DNA from: Clostridiales bacterium
Lineage (GTDB): Bacteria > Bacillota > Clostridia > Christensenellales > Aristaeellaceae
DNA: 64,000 nucleotides
Assembly: GCA_004556545.1 (NCBI GenBank)
Contig: SFGO01000003.1
Location: 5,121-69,120, forward strand
Reading direction: 5' to 3'
Below, piece by piece: positions 25,906 through 34,947 of the stretch; within the stretch, counting starts at the first letter, position 1, and each line of letters starts with the position of its first letter. Below the pieces are notes generated by a model that was not told the DNA's origin, did no database searches, and saw only the letters and a list, made by a program, of their open reading frames with translations. A program made the position numbers and the translations under genes.

Positions 25906-27948
25906 TTACTTCTTTATTTCTTCCTCATACATCGCCTGCATCTGCGCAAGCAGGCCGTCTACGATGCGCAGCTTTTCATCGTTGGCTCCGTTGTCCGGCT
26001 GATATTCGATGCCCTGACCAATGCGGACGGTGCGGGTCTTTCTGGAGGCATACACGGGAATGAAAATCGCTTTTTTCTTTGTTTTGGCATAATACAGCGG
26101 CGCGATCATGGCAAAGCCGGTAAAGAGCCTGCCCACGCCTTCCGATGCGTAGCCCCGTTCGCCCACGGCATGACCCGTGTCGTTTTCCGGGAAAAGAAGG
26201 ATGTTGTCCCCGGCCTGCATCGCGTCGATGGTCTCCCGGAAGGTGCCGATCAGCTTGCGCGGGTCGTTCCGGTACACGGGAATGGCTTCCAGACTGTCAA
26301 ACACCCACAGAAGCAGCGGCGTAATCATGCGCAGCAGGGGCCGCTTCCAGCTTTCGGGCAGCCATTTCTGCCGCATCATCGTGCCCTGATAGATATGCTC
26401 GATGATGACCTCCCGGTTCATCATTTCGGCAATGGCCCAGGGCCGGAAGGCAACGGGAATATACAGGTTCGCCACCACCGGGCCGTAGAGCTCGCCGTGG
26501 TTGCACACCAGCACCATGGTTCCGTCCTCCAGCCCCCGCAGGTTCTCCTTGCCGACCACCTTGTGATAGTACAGGGGCCGGAGCAGCGCAATGATGATCT
26601 TCACGCCGAAGCGGTTCTTGTGGCGCTTCACCACTACGTTTTCCAGCTGCTCCCGAAGGGCCGGGTTGCTGCCGCCCTCTTCCTTCAGGGTCAGCCAGCG
26701 GGCCAGCTTGGCAAAGTGACGGTTGTTCATGGGAAAGCGCAGCACGCAGACGATGGCAATCGCCAGAAGCAGCAGCGGCGGCACGATCATCCAGCGGTGC
26801 AGCGCCATGGAAAGGCTTTCGAGGGTCAGCGTCTGGGACAGAAATCGGGGCAAACAAAGAAACGTGACCATCCCCAGCGCGGCCATCTGCCCCAGCAGCA
26901 GGGCCATTTCCGTGCCGACGGAACGGATGCGGGCATAGCCGTTCATCCGGCCCTCCAGCCCGAATTGGGCAACGTTCGCCATGCTGCTTTCCAGATGGCG
27001 CAGCGCCGTCAGGCTCACGCCCAGCCCGCCGCCGCACAGGCACAGCGCCAGATAGCTCAGCGCCAGACTGGTGGCAGGCAGCTCCAGCTGCCGGTCAAAC
27101 AGGATCAGGCCGTATGCCCAGAGAAACAGCCCGGCCAGCAGCGTCTGCACCGAACCTTCCCGCTTCAGCGCCCGCAGGAATGCGTCCGCGGCAGCATGGG
27201 TGGCCAGCGTACAGGCGCAGGCCAGAGCCATGCACAGAATCAGCTCGTCCACCGTCAGGCCGATGAACAGATAGGCCAATACCAGCGTCAGCTGCAGCGC
27301 CATCAGAATGAAAAGCTGCAGCTTGCGGTAGGCGTTGAAGGCGTTCAACTGGTTCAGCCCGGCGTTTAGTTCCTGCAGCGCTTCGGGCGAGGGCGCTTCT
27401 TCCAGCTCGTCCAGCGCAATGCTTTCCCGATTGCGCCAATGGCTGAAGCCTTCGAGGAGCGCATCCAGCCCGTAGCCGCACAAAAGAAGCGCCGCGTCGT
27501 TCACGGGCAGGCAGACAAGCAGCGGCCACGCCGTCAGCCCCAGCGAAAGCAGATGGCACAGCAGGCACAGCCCCCAGAATGCCCGGCGGCTGACCGTTTC
27601 CCGAAGTCGGCGGCCCCACAGGCGGCGGCACAGGTTTTCCCGCAGGGCGGCAGTCGCTACGGCGGCAAACAGCGCCCACAGCGCCGCAGAGGACAGCGCC
27701 ATGGGATAGACGGCGATCATCCCCAGCGTTCCCAGCAGCATCAATACGGTCAGCGCCAGACAGATCCGGCGCATCCTGCGGGTCAGAAACGCCCGGTCCC
27801 GGCCCCACAGCAGCCGCCACAGCATCGCCGATACCTGGCTGTTGAGAAACAGCGCGCAGCCTAGCACCGGCAGAGACGTTAACGCGCTGGAAAGAACGGA
27901 AGAGAATAAAAACTGATAGATGATCTGCGGCGACATCATGACCGGCAT
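25906..27948 (-). CDS. fusion of a multi-pass (MFS-like) membrane domain and a PlsC-family lysophospholipid acyltransferase domain
   Basis: The N-terminal ~430 aa form many hydrophobic helices with a central charged loop. The C-terminal domain has LVCNHGELYGP (motif I) and ILLFPENDTG (motif III, compare FPEGT). The start is uncertain (ATG 27948, 27939 or 27936). The upstream part of the 780-aa ORF overlaps the divergent gene and is rejected. Confidence 0.65.
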   Translation of the reverse strand: MPVMMSPQIIYQFLFSSVLSSALTSLPVLGCALFLNSQVSAMLWRLLWGRDRAFLTRRMRRICLALTVLMLLGTLGMIAVYPMALSSAALWALFAAVATAALRENLCRRLWGRRLRETVSRRAFWGLCLLCHLLSLGLTAWPLLVCLPVNDAALLLCGYGLDALLEGFSHWRNRESIALDELEEAPSPEALQELNAGLNQLNAFNAYRKLQLFILMALQLTLVLAYLFIGLTVDELILCMALACACTLATHAAADAFLRALKREGSVQTLLAGLFLWAYGLILFDRQLELPATSLALSYLALCLCGGGLGVSLTALRHLESSMANVAQFGLEGRMNGYARIRSVGTEMALLLGQMAALGMVTFLCLPRFLSQTLTLESLSMALHRWMIVPPLLLLAIAIVCVLRFPMNNRHFAKLARWLTLKEEGGSNPALREQLENVVVKRHKNRFGVKIIIALLRPLYYHKVVGKENLRGLEDGTMVLVCNHGELYGPVVANLYIPVAFRPWAIAEMMNREVIIEHIYQGTMMRQKWLPESWKRPLLRMITPLLLWVFDSLEAIPVYRNDPRKLIGTFRETIDAMQAGDNILLFPENDTGHAVGERGYASEGVGRLFTGFAMIAPLYYAKTKKKAIFIPVYASRKTRTVRIGQGIEYQPDNGANDEKLRIVDGLLAQMQAMYEEEIKK

Positions 27949-28112
27949 GCTCCGGCGGGCCGCCGTGGCGGGGGAATGGGCGGATTCGTTCAAGGCCTGC
28001 AGGGGAAGTCCTCCTCTCGTTTGGGGCAAAAGAAAACAGGAATGATGACACCTATTGTAGCATAGCCTTTCCCGGAAAGGCAAGAAGCCCCGAAACGCGG
28101 CTGCGGGAAAAG

Positions 28113-28141
28113 GCATATTCGCGCCCTGCGCCGCATACCTT
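28113..28141 (+). promoter_or_regulatory. candidate mother-cell (sigma-E-like) promoter
   Basis: GCATATT, 14 nt, CATACCTT compares with the B. subtilis sigma-E consensus kmATATT-14-CATACAmT. It lies 27 nt upstream of the ATG at 28168. Confidence 0.45.
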
Positions 28142-28167
28142 GATACAAAGTTTAGGAGGAATGAAGG

Positions 28168-29721
28168 ATGGAGCGCAAACAGGACGGCGGGGCGCAGACC
28201 CCGGAGATTCTCAGAGAAGAGCTGCCCATGCAGCGTTTTGAGGGGCAAAAGACCAGTCAGGCGGTGGTGGAGGGCGAAGTAGCGCTTCCCGGCGGCCTGC
28301 GGGAGGAAACCCGCATCTTATGCTCCGAGGCCATGGCCGTGCTGGAACAGACGGACGTGCAGTCCGGCCGGGTGGACGCGGAGGGCAAGGTCACGTTTCA
28401 TGTGCTGTACACCCAGGGCGATCCCACCCTGGTCAGCGCGCTGGAAGCGTCGGCGGAGTTTACCCACAGCGTGGATTTTCCCGGCGCGGAGGACGGCATG
28501 ACCGCCGCGCTCAGCCTGAGCGTGGAGCATGTGGAGGCCAGCGCGCAGGGCGGACGGCTGCACCTGATGGCGATTCTCAAGGCGCAGACCCGGCTTTTTT
28601 CGGACGAACCCCTTTCCGTGGTGACGGGCGTTCAGGGAGCCGAGGGATTGATGCTGAAGACGGAAACGCTTTCCTGCCTGAGTGCGGCGGCGTCCGGTGC
28701 AAGGGAGGTGCTGGTGCGGGAGGAATGCGAGCTGGCGGACGTGCTGCAAATTGCGGATACCCTGTACGCCACGGCGTTCGCCGCCGTGCAGGACGTGATG
28801 GGCGGCGAGGAAAAAGCCACCGTTTCCGGCAATATTCTTTTGGAAGTCGTTCATCGCAGCAGCATGCCCTCCCGCCCCGTGGTAGTCACCCGGCATACGC
28901 TGCCCTTTGAGGAAACCGTGCCCCTTCTGGGCGAGAACGGCGACAGTCTGTGCTGCGAAGCCGTGGTCAAGGACGTGGCCGTGCTTTCGCAGGAAGGCTC
29001 CGGCGAGGGCGAACGCACCCTTCGGGCGGAGGTGCTGCTGGGCCTGACCGTGCGGGCCACCGTCAGCCGGGACGTCTGCCTGATGCTGGATGCCTACACC
29101 ACCCAGGGCGATCTGCTGGAGCCGGTAACACAGCCGGTGCGGCGGGCCCTTCGGCACCATCAGCTGCACACGGCGGAAAGCGGCAAAATGACGCTGCTGC
29201 TGGACGGTCAGCCCCCGGCCCGCACTCCGCTCCGCGCCAGCCTGCGGCCTATCGTGACGGACGTGAGCCGTTCCGGCGGCAAGCTGAACGTAGAGGGCAT
29301 GATGGAAGTCACCCTTCTGTACATGACGGATGACAGCGACGCGCCCCAGAGCTATCAGACGGAAGAACCCTTCCGCATGAGCTTTACCTGCGAGCTGTGC
29401 TGTCAGGACAGCCTGCAGCTGACCCCTTCCAATATCGAGCTGGCAGGCATCACCAGCGACCGGGTGGAGATCAAGTACATTCTGCATCTGAGCTGCTACG
29501 ACGTGCTGCTGGGCGACGAGCCGCTGGTAACGGACGTGACGGAGCAGCCTGCGCAGCCCGCCGAGCCGGGAATCCTGCTCTGCTTCAGTCAGGCCGGGGA
29601 GGATGTGTGGGACATTGCCAAGCGCTACCGCGTCAGCTGCGACAGCCTGAAACGCATGAACCCCGACCTTCAGGACGGGGTGGCGGGCCAGCAGGTCATC
29701 CTCTGGCACCGGCAGGAATAA
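28168..29721 (+). CDS. DUF3794-repeat protein with a C-terminal LysM domain (SipL/SafA-like spore morphogenetic protein)
   Basis: AGGAGG RBS 8 nt upstream. 517 aa. The C-terminus is ...ILLCFSQAGEDVWDIAKRYRVSCDSLKRMNPDLQDGVAGQQVILW, a LysM domain. Size and architecture match C. difficile SipL. Confidence 0.6.
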   Translation: MERKQDGGAQTPEILREELPMQRFEGQKTSQAVVEGEVALPGGLREETRILCSEAMAVLEQTDVQSGRVDAEGKVTFHVLYTQGDPTLVSALEASAEFTHSVDFPGAEDGMTAALSLSVEHVEASAQGGRLHLMAILKAQTRLFSDEPLSVVTGVQGAEGLMLKTETLSCLSAAASGAREVLVREECELADVLQIADTLYATAFAAVQDVMGGEEKATVSGNILLEVVHRSSMPSRPVVVTRHTLPFEETVPLLGENGDSLCCEAVVKDVAVLSQEGSGEGERTLRAEVLLGLTVRATVSRDVCLMLDAYTTQGDLLEPVTQPVRRALRHHQLHTAESGKMTLLLDGQPPARTPLRASLRPIVTDVSRSGGKLNVEGMMEVTLLYMTDDSDAPQSYQTEEPFRMSFTCELCCQDSLQLTPSNIELAGITSDRVEIKYILHLSCYDVLLGDEPLVTDVTEQPAQPAEPGILLCFSQAGEDVWDIAKRYRVSCDSLKRMNPDLQDGVAGQQVILWHRQE

Positions 29722-29749
29722 AAGGAAAGAAAAGAAAAAGTTGATCCGG

Positions 29750-29782
29750 CAGCGCCGCACGATTTTCCGTGCGGCGCTGTTT
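29750..29782 (+). terminator. intrinsic terminator after the SipL-like gene
   Basis: 12-bp stem CAGCGCCGCACG / CGTGCGGCGCTG with loop ATTTTC, then TTT. Confidence 0.6.
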
Positions 29783-29884
29783 GCGGGTGCTGACGGCCAG
29801 CCTTTTGGGTTTTCGCCCCTCCTCTGAGCGGCTTCTGCCCAAAGGGGAGAGCGGCTGCTTTCTCTCCCGTCCATTTTTTCATAC

Positions 29885-29929
29885 GAAAACGCTGATGCAC
29901 CTTCCAAATCCATCGAAGATGCACCAGCG
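29885..29929 (-). terminator. terminator of the YtfQRT-like ABC operon
   Basis: 15-bp stem. The two plus-strand A.C mismatches become G.U wobbles on the minus-strand RNA. It is followed on the minus strand by TTTT. Confidence 0.6.
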
Positions 29930-29960
29930 TTTTTTGTATGCGTTGACTCGCTCGCTGTGT

Positions 29961-31016
29961 CTACTTCTTTGCTTTTCGTTTGCCCGTGTAGGTCACGACG
30001 ATCCGCTGGATGCAGATGAACAAAAGCAGCAGGGCGCCGGTAGCGATTTTTCCCCACCAGGAGAGAAGATTGCCGTTAAAGGTAATCAGCGCCGGAATAA
30101 TGGATTTCAGCAGTACGCCGAACAGCGTGCCGATCATGTATCCCACGCCTCCGGTCAGCAGCGTGCCGCCGATGACCGCGCAGGTGATGACCTCCAGCTC
30201 GCCGCCCTGAAGGGCCAAATTCCAGCCGCTTTTCACATACAGGGCGTAGGCCACGCCCGCCAGCACGGAGCAGAAGCCGTTGAAGCCGTAAACCAGAATC
30301 TTGGTTTTTGCCACGGGCAAGCCCATCAATTTGGCGGACTGTTCGTTTCCGCCGATCGCGTATACGTTCCGGCCGAAGCGGGTTTTCTGCAGAAGCACAA
30401 TGCCTACCACGATCATGATCAGGAACAGGAGCAGATTGAAATTGATAAAGCAGATCGGCTTGATCTTCACCCACTCGCCGTCCTTCAGGTGCATGAAATA
30501 CACCTTCCATTGGGCCAGCGCGTCCATCATGGGGTGGGAAATGTTGATGGATTCCCGGCTGATCAGGGAGCAAACGCCCCGGGCCAGGAACATGCCCGTC
30601 AGCGTGGTGATGAAGGGCGGCACGTTCAGATAGTGGATGGTCGCGCCCATCAGCAGCCCCAGACCAACGCCGACCACCATGGCGGCCAGAATGCAGACCA
30701 GAGGGTGAAGACCCAGCACCGTATTGCCGTAGGCAATGAACATGCCCGTCAGCGACGCTACCGCGCCCACGCTCAAGTCAATGCCGCCGGTGATCAGCAC
30801 CATCGTCATGCCCACGGCGGAGATGCCGTAATAGGCATTGTCGATGAACATGTTCACAAAGGTGCGCAGGGTGGTGAAGCCCTTGGAGCCGTAGGCGACT
30901 GCGCCGAAGAGATAGATGATCAGGAAAATGCCGATGGTGGCGTATACCATGATATACTTGGGGTTCGCCGCCTTGCTCAGCAGGCTTTGCTTTTTCATCG
31001 TCTGTTTCTTAAGCAT
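29961..31016 (-). CDS. sugar ABC transporter permease (YjfF/YtfT-like, RbsC family)
   Basis: About 351 aa with 8-10 TM segments of the RbsC/AraH type. The start MLKKQTMKK lies 2 nt after the upstream stop. An alternative ATG is at 30998. Confidence 0.8.
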   Translation of the reverse strand: MLKKQTMKKQSLLSKAANPKYIMVYATIGIFLIIYLFGAVAYGSKGFTTLRTFVNMFIDNAYYGISAVGMTMVLITGGIDLSVGAVASLTGMFIAYGNTVLGLHPLVCILAAMVVGVGLGLLMGATIHYLNVPPFITTLTGMFLARGVCSLISRESINISHPMMDALAQWKVYFMHLKDGEWVKIKPICFINFNLLLFLIMIVVGIVLLQKTRFGRNVYAIGGNEQSAKLMGLPVAKTKILVYGFNGFCSVLAGVAYALYVKSGWNLALQGGELEVITCAVIGGTLLTGGVGYMIGTLFGVLLKSIIPALITFNGNLLSWWGKIATGALLLLFICIQRIVVTYTGKRKAKK

Positions 31017-31018
31017 AT

Positions 31019-32101
31019 TCAGGCGTCTCCCTTCACGGCTGCGGACATGCGGTCCTGACGGTTTTTGGCGCGCTTGGCGAACCATTCGCGGGCAGGCTCC
31101 GACTGAAGCACGATGACCACTGCGATAATCAGGGCCTTGAAGGCCATGGTGGCCTCGGATACGATGCCGAAATAATAGACGAAGGTGACGATGGTGCGGA
31201 TGATGATCGAACCGATGACCGTGCCAGCCAGACTGAATTTGCCGCCGGACATATTGGTGCCGCCGATGACCACTGCCAGAATGGCGTCCATTTCATAGTT
31301 CAGGCCGGCGTTGTTGGAATCGTTGCTCATGATGCGGCTGGAGTAGATCAGACCCGCAATGCCGCTCAGAAGGCCGGTCAGGGCGAAAACGATCAGGATC
31401 ACCGCCTTGGCGTTAATGCCGGACAGACGGCTGGCGCTGGGGTTGATGCCCACGGATTCCACCATGGTGCCGAACGCGGTTTTCCGCGTGAACAGCGCTA
31501 CGGCGGCCACCACAATGGCGGATATCACGATGGGCATCGGCAGGCAGAACAAGCTGCCCTGACCAATGAACCGGAAGGGCGTGTACAGCGTGGTAAACTG
31601 CTTGCCGTTGGTCAGAATCTGAGCCACGCCCCGGCCCGCCACCATCAGAATCAGGGTGGCGATAATGGGCTGCATGCCCACATTGGCGATCATCACGCCG
31701 TTAAACAGGCCCATCAGCGTGCAGACCGCCAGCGGCACCAGCAGCACCAGCACGAAGGGGTAAATGGTGTAGTCGCCGGGGGTCGGATAGGCGCTGACGT
31801 CCCACCGCAGGAATTTCAGCGCAATCGCGCCGGAAACCGCCACCAGCGCGCCCACGCTCAGATCGGTGCCGCCCAGAGCGATGACCAGCGTCATTCCCAT
31901 GGCGATAATGGTGATTTCCGCCGAGCGGTTCAGAATATCGATCAGACTGCCGTACAGCATGCCCGTGGTGGGCTGGTAGCTGATGGAGAAAAACTCCGGC
32001 CGTATGATAAAGCATACCAGCAGAATCAGCAACTCGGCAATCACCGCCCAGGTGATCTTGGAGCGCATCAGATCGGAAAGACTGAATTTTTTCTTTTTCA
32101 T
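31019..32101 (-). CDS. sugar ABC transporter permease (YtfT-like, RbsC family)
   Basis: 360 aa. ATGA overlap with the ATPase gene stop. RbsC-type membrane protein. Confidence 0.8.
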   Translation of the reverse strand: MKKKKFSLSDLMRSKITWAVIAELLILLVCFIIRPEFFSISYQPTTGMLYGSLIDILNRSAEITIIAMGMTLVIALGGTDLSVGALVAVSGAIALKFLRWDVSAYPTPGDYTIYPFVLVLLVPLAVCTLMGLFNGVMIANVGMQPIIATLILMVAGRGVAQILTNGKQFTTLYTPFRFIGQGSLFCLPMPIVISAIVVAAVALFTRKTAFGTMVESVGINPSASRLSGINAKAVILIVFALTGLLSGIAGLIYSSRIMSNDSNNAGLNYEMDAILAVVIGGTNMSGGKFSLAGTVIGSIIIRTIVTFVYYFGIVSEATMAFKALIIAVVIVLQSEPAREWFAKRAKNRQDRMSAAVKGDA

Positions 32102-33618
32102 ACCGCTTCTTCCCCTTCCTTCGCGCCTCCGGCGATGATGTTGAGAATGGTCTGCTGGGTGCAGCTTTCGCCGTCCACCTCGCCTACCTTTTCCCGGTCG
32201 CGCATGACCACGATCCGGTTGGAGCAGCGGATGATCTCATCCAGCTCGGAGCTGATGAAGATCACGGACACGCCCTCGCCGCACATTTCCAGCATCAGCC
32301 GCTGAATTTCGGCCTTTGCGCCCACGTCGATGCCCCGGGTGGGTTCGTCCAGAATCAGCACCTCCGGGTCGGTCGCCATCCAGCGGGCCAGAATGACTTT
32401 CTGCTGGTTGCCGCCTGAAAGCTCGCCCACCTTTTTTTCGGCGTTCGGGGTGGCAATGCCCAGAAGCTTGATGTATTTTTCCGCCAGCTCGCTTTGCTCC
32501 TGGTGGGACATGGGATGCATGAAGCCCTTGCGCGCCTGCACCGCCAGCATGATATTCTCGCGGATGCTCAAATCGCCGATAATGCCGTCCCGCTTGCGGT
32601 CCTCGGGGCAGAAGGCAATCCGCTTGGCGATGGCGTCGCAGGGCTCCCGGAAGCTGACCGGCTGCCCGTCCATGGTGATTTCTCCCGTAGTCGGATGGCC
32701 GATGCCGAAGAACATTTCAGCCGTTTCGGTGCGGCCGCTGCCCAAAAGCCCCGCAAAACCCATCAGTTCGCCTTTTTTCAGGTTCAGGGAAACACTGCTG
32801 ATAACGCCCGGAGCGCCGATCCGGCTGGCCGTCAGCGTATAGGGCGCGTCATCCGCTACTTCCGCCCGCTTCAGGTTGAAGATCACGTCCATGTCCTTGC
32901 CGATCATCTGCGTTACCAGCTCCAGCTTGCTGATCTCGCTGGCCTGGAAGGTGCCGATCAGATGACCGTTGCGCAGGATGGTCAGCCGGTCGGAAACGGC
33001 GAACACCTGATCCAGAAAATGGGTGATGAAGATGATCCCCATGCCGTCGGCCTTCAGCTCCCGCATGACCTCGAAAAGCAGCTGTACCTCGTTTTCATCC
33101 AGCGACGAGGTGGGCTCGTCCAGAATGAGGATTTTCGCCTGAATATCCACAGCCCGGGCGATGGAAACCATCTGCTGTATCGCCGTGGAGTAATAGGACA
33201 GCGGACGGGTAACGTCGATATCCAGATGAAAGCGGGACATCAGCGCCGCCGCCCGACGGTTCAGCTCCTTCCAGTCGATCTGATGGCGCTTCATGGGCTG
33301 ACGGCCCACGAAAATATTTTCCGCAACGGAAAGGTTCTGACACAGATTGACCTCCTGAAACACCGTGGAGATGCCCATTTTAATGGCATCCTGAGGACTG
33401 GTGGGAACGATTTCCTCACCGTCCAGCAAAATTTTGCCAGCGTCCATGTGATGAACGCCGGTCAGGCATTTGATCAGCGTGGATTTTCCTGCGCCGTTTT
33501 CACCCAGCAGCGCGTGAATTTCGCCCTTGTTCAGGGTAAAATCCACTTTATCCAACGCCTTTACGCCGGGGAACTGAATTTCGATCCCCTTCATTTCCAA
33601 AATGGCTTCCTGCGGCAA
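32098..33618 (-). CDS. sugar ABC transporter ATP-binding protein, duplicated ATPase (YtfR/RbsA/MglA type)
   Basis: TTG start after GGGAGG. Two nucleotide-binding domains: Walker A GENGAGKST, signatures LSGGNQQKV and ILILDEPT/VLILDEPTRG. 506 aa. Confidence 0.9.
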   Translation of the reverse strand: MPQEAILEMKGIEIQFPGVKALDKVDFTLNKGEIHALLGENGAGKSTLIKCLTGVHHMDAGKILLDGEEIVPTSPQDAIKMGISTVFQEVNLCQNLSVAENIFVGRQPMKRHQIDWKELNRRAAALMSRFHLDIDVTRPLSYYSTAIQQMVSIARAVDIQAKILILDEPTSSLDENEVQLLFEVMRELKADGMGIIFITHFLDQVFAVSDRLTILRNGHLIGTFQASEISKLELVTQMIGKDMDVIFNLKRAEVADDAPYTLTASRIGAPGVISSVSLNLKKGELMGFAGLLGSGRTETAEMFFGIGHPTTGEITMDGQPVSFREPCDAIAKRIAFCPEDRKRDGIIGDLSIRENIMLAVQARKGFMHPMSHQEQSELAEKYIKLLGIATPNAEKKVGELSGGNQQKVILARWMATDPEVLILDEPTRGIDVGAKAEIQRLMLEMCGEGVSVIFISSELDEIIRCSNRIVVMRDREKVGEVDGESCTQQTILNIIAGGAKEGEEAV

Positions 33619-33790
33619 GAAAATTCCTCCCTTGGATGGAATTACAGGGCGGTCAGACGTATCTGCCGCCCTGTAACGGAGGGAACCCTATTCCCACAGC
33701 CAAAGGGCTCCGACCTTTATCGCCCCGCAGCCCGAAGGTTCGGCGGGGTCAGGACACAGGGGCCGAAACCCCTGTGCCCTTGGTGAATCA

Positions 33791-34777
33791 TCAATACTTG
33801 CGCTCGCTGATCACGTCTTCCGCCTTGATGGAGGTGACGGTGCCCAGGTCGATGCCGCCTACGCAGTCGAATACGCCCTCAGCGGGATGAATGACTTCGC
33901 GGCCGAAGGTTTCGCCGTTCTCCAGGCCTTCGATGGTGGGAACCACGAAAGCGGAGTACAGGGGGTTGCACTCGACGGTGCAGTTCATCTCACCGGCAAC
34001 GATCGAGTCGAAAGCGGCCTTCACGGAGTCGCAGCCCACGATGATCACGTCCTTGCCGGGCACCAGACCGGCGGCCTTGATGGCGTCGATAGCGCCCAGA
34101 CCCATGTCGTCGTTCTGAGCGATCAGCACGTCGATCTTCTCCACGGACTTCAGCCAGCTCTCCATCAGAGCCTGACCTTCAGCACGGGTGAAATTGCCGC
34201 TGTTCTGCGCAACGACCTTCATGTTGGGGTAATCCTTCAGAGCGGCCAGATTGCCTTCGGTACGGCCAACCTGCGCGTCCGCGCCGGTGGTGCCTTCCAT
34301 GATGGCAACGCAGATTTCTTCTTCGCCGCGGCCCAGCGTCTTGAGGTATTCGCCGGCCCAGGCTACCTGACGGCGGCCTTCTTCAACGAAGTCACCGCCG
34401 AAAGCAGCGGCGTACTCGATCTTGTCGGCACAGTCGGGCATACGGTCGATCAGGATCAGGGGGATTTCCGCCTCGTTGACTTCCTTGAGAACCTCGTCCC
34501 AGCCAGTGGAAACCACGCCGGTGAACAGGATGTAGTCCACGCCCTGGGTGATGAAGTTGCGCAGGGCCTTCACCTGATTTTCCTGCTTCTGCTGAGCGTC
34601 GTCGTAGACCAGCTCCCAGCCTTCATGATTCTTGATGGCGTTGCAGATGTCGTCGGTGTTGGCGGTACGCCAGTCGGATTCCTGGCCGATCTGAGAGAAA
34701 GCGATGGTCAGCGCGGAAGCGCTGGACAGGCTCAGCACCAGAACCAGAGCCAGAACGACAGAGAACAGTTTCTTCAT
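33791..34777 (-). CDS. periplasmic-binding-protein-type sugar-binding protein (YtfQ-like) of the ABC importer
   Basis: Signal peptide MKKLFSVVLALVLVLSLSSASA. FSQIGQESDWRTANT...QQKQENQVKALRNFITQGVDYILF is typical of the YtfQ/RbsB type-I PBP fold. GGAGG RBS. Confidence 0.85.
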   Translation of the reverse strand: MKKLFSVVLALVLVLSLSSASALTIAFSQIGQESDWRTANTDDICNAIKNHEGWELVYDDAQQKQENQVKALRNFITQGVDYILFTGVVSTGWDEVLKEVNEAEIPLILIDRMPDCADKIEYAAAFGGDFVEEGRRQVAWAGEYLKTLGRGEEEICVAIMEGTTGADAQVGRTEGNLAALKDYPNMKVVAQNSGNFTRAEGQALMESWLKSVEKIDVLIAQNDDMGLGAIDAIKAAGLVPGKDVIIVGCDSVKAAFDSIVAGEMNCTVECNPLYSAFVVPTIEGLENGETFGREVIHPAEGVFDCVGGIDLGTVTSIKAEDVISERKY

Positions 34778-34947
34778 GAAATTCTTCCTCCTTCACTTTT
34801 GGGTTTTTCACCCGTTGATTCTTTTTTACCACAGGACGCGGCTGAAAAAAAGGAAGGGAATTTGGAAGTTGGTTGGGAATTTTCAGCGTGATGGGATTTG
34901 CTCAAAATAGAACGGCACAAACGGGAAATTTTTCCGAAAAACGGAAG

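Noticed and set aside
27949-28248. First 100 codons of the 780-aa ORF 25906-28248
   Set aside because: This part has no membrane-protein character and overlaps the divergent SipL-like gene and its promoter. The hydrophobic protein begins at MPVMMSPQ.
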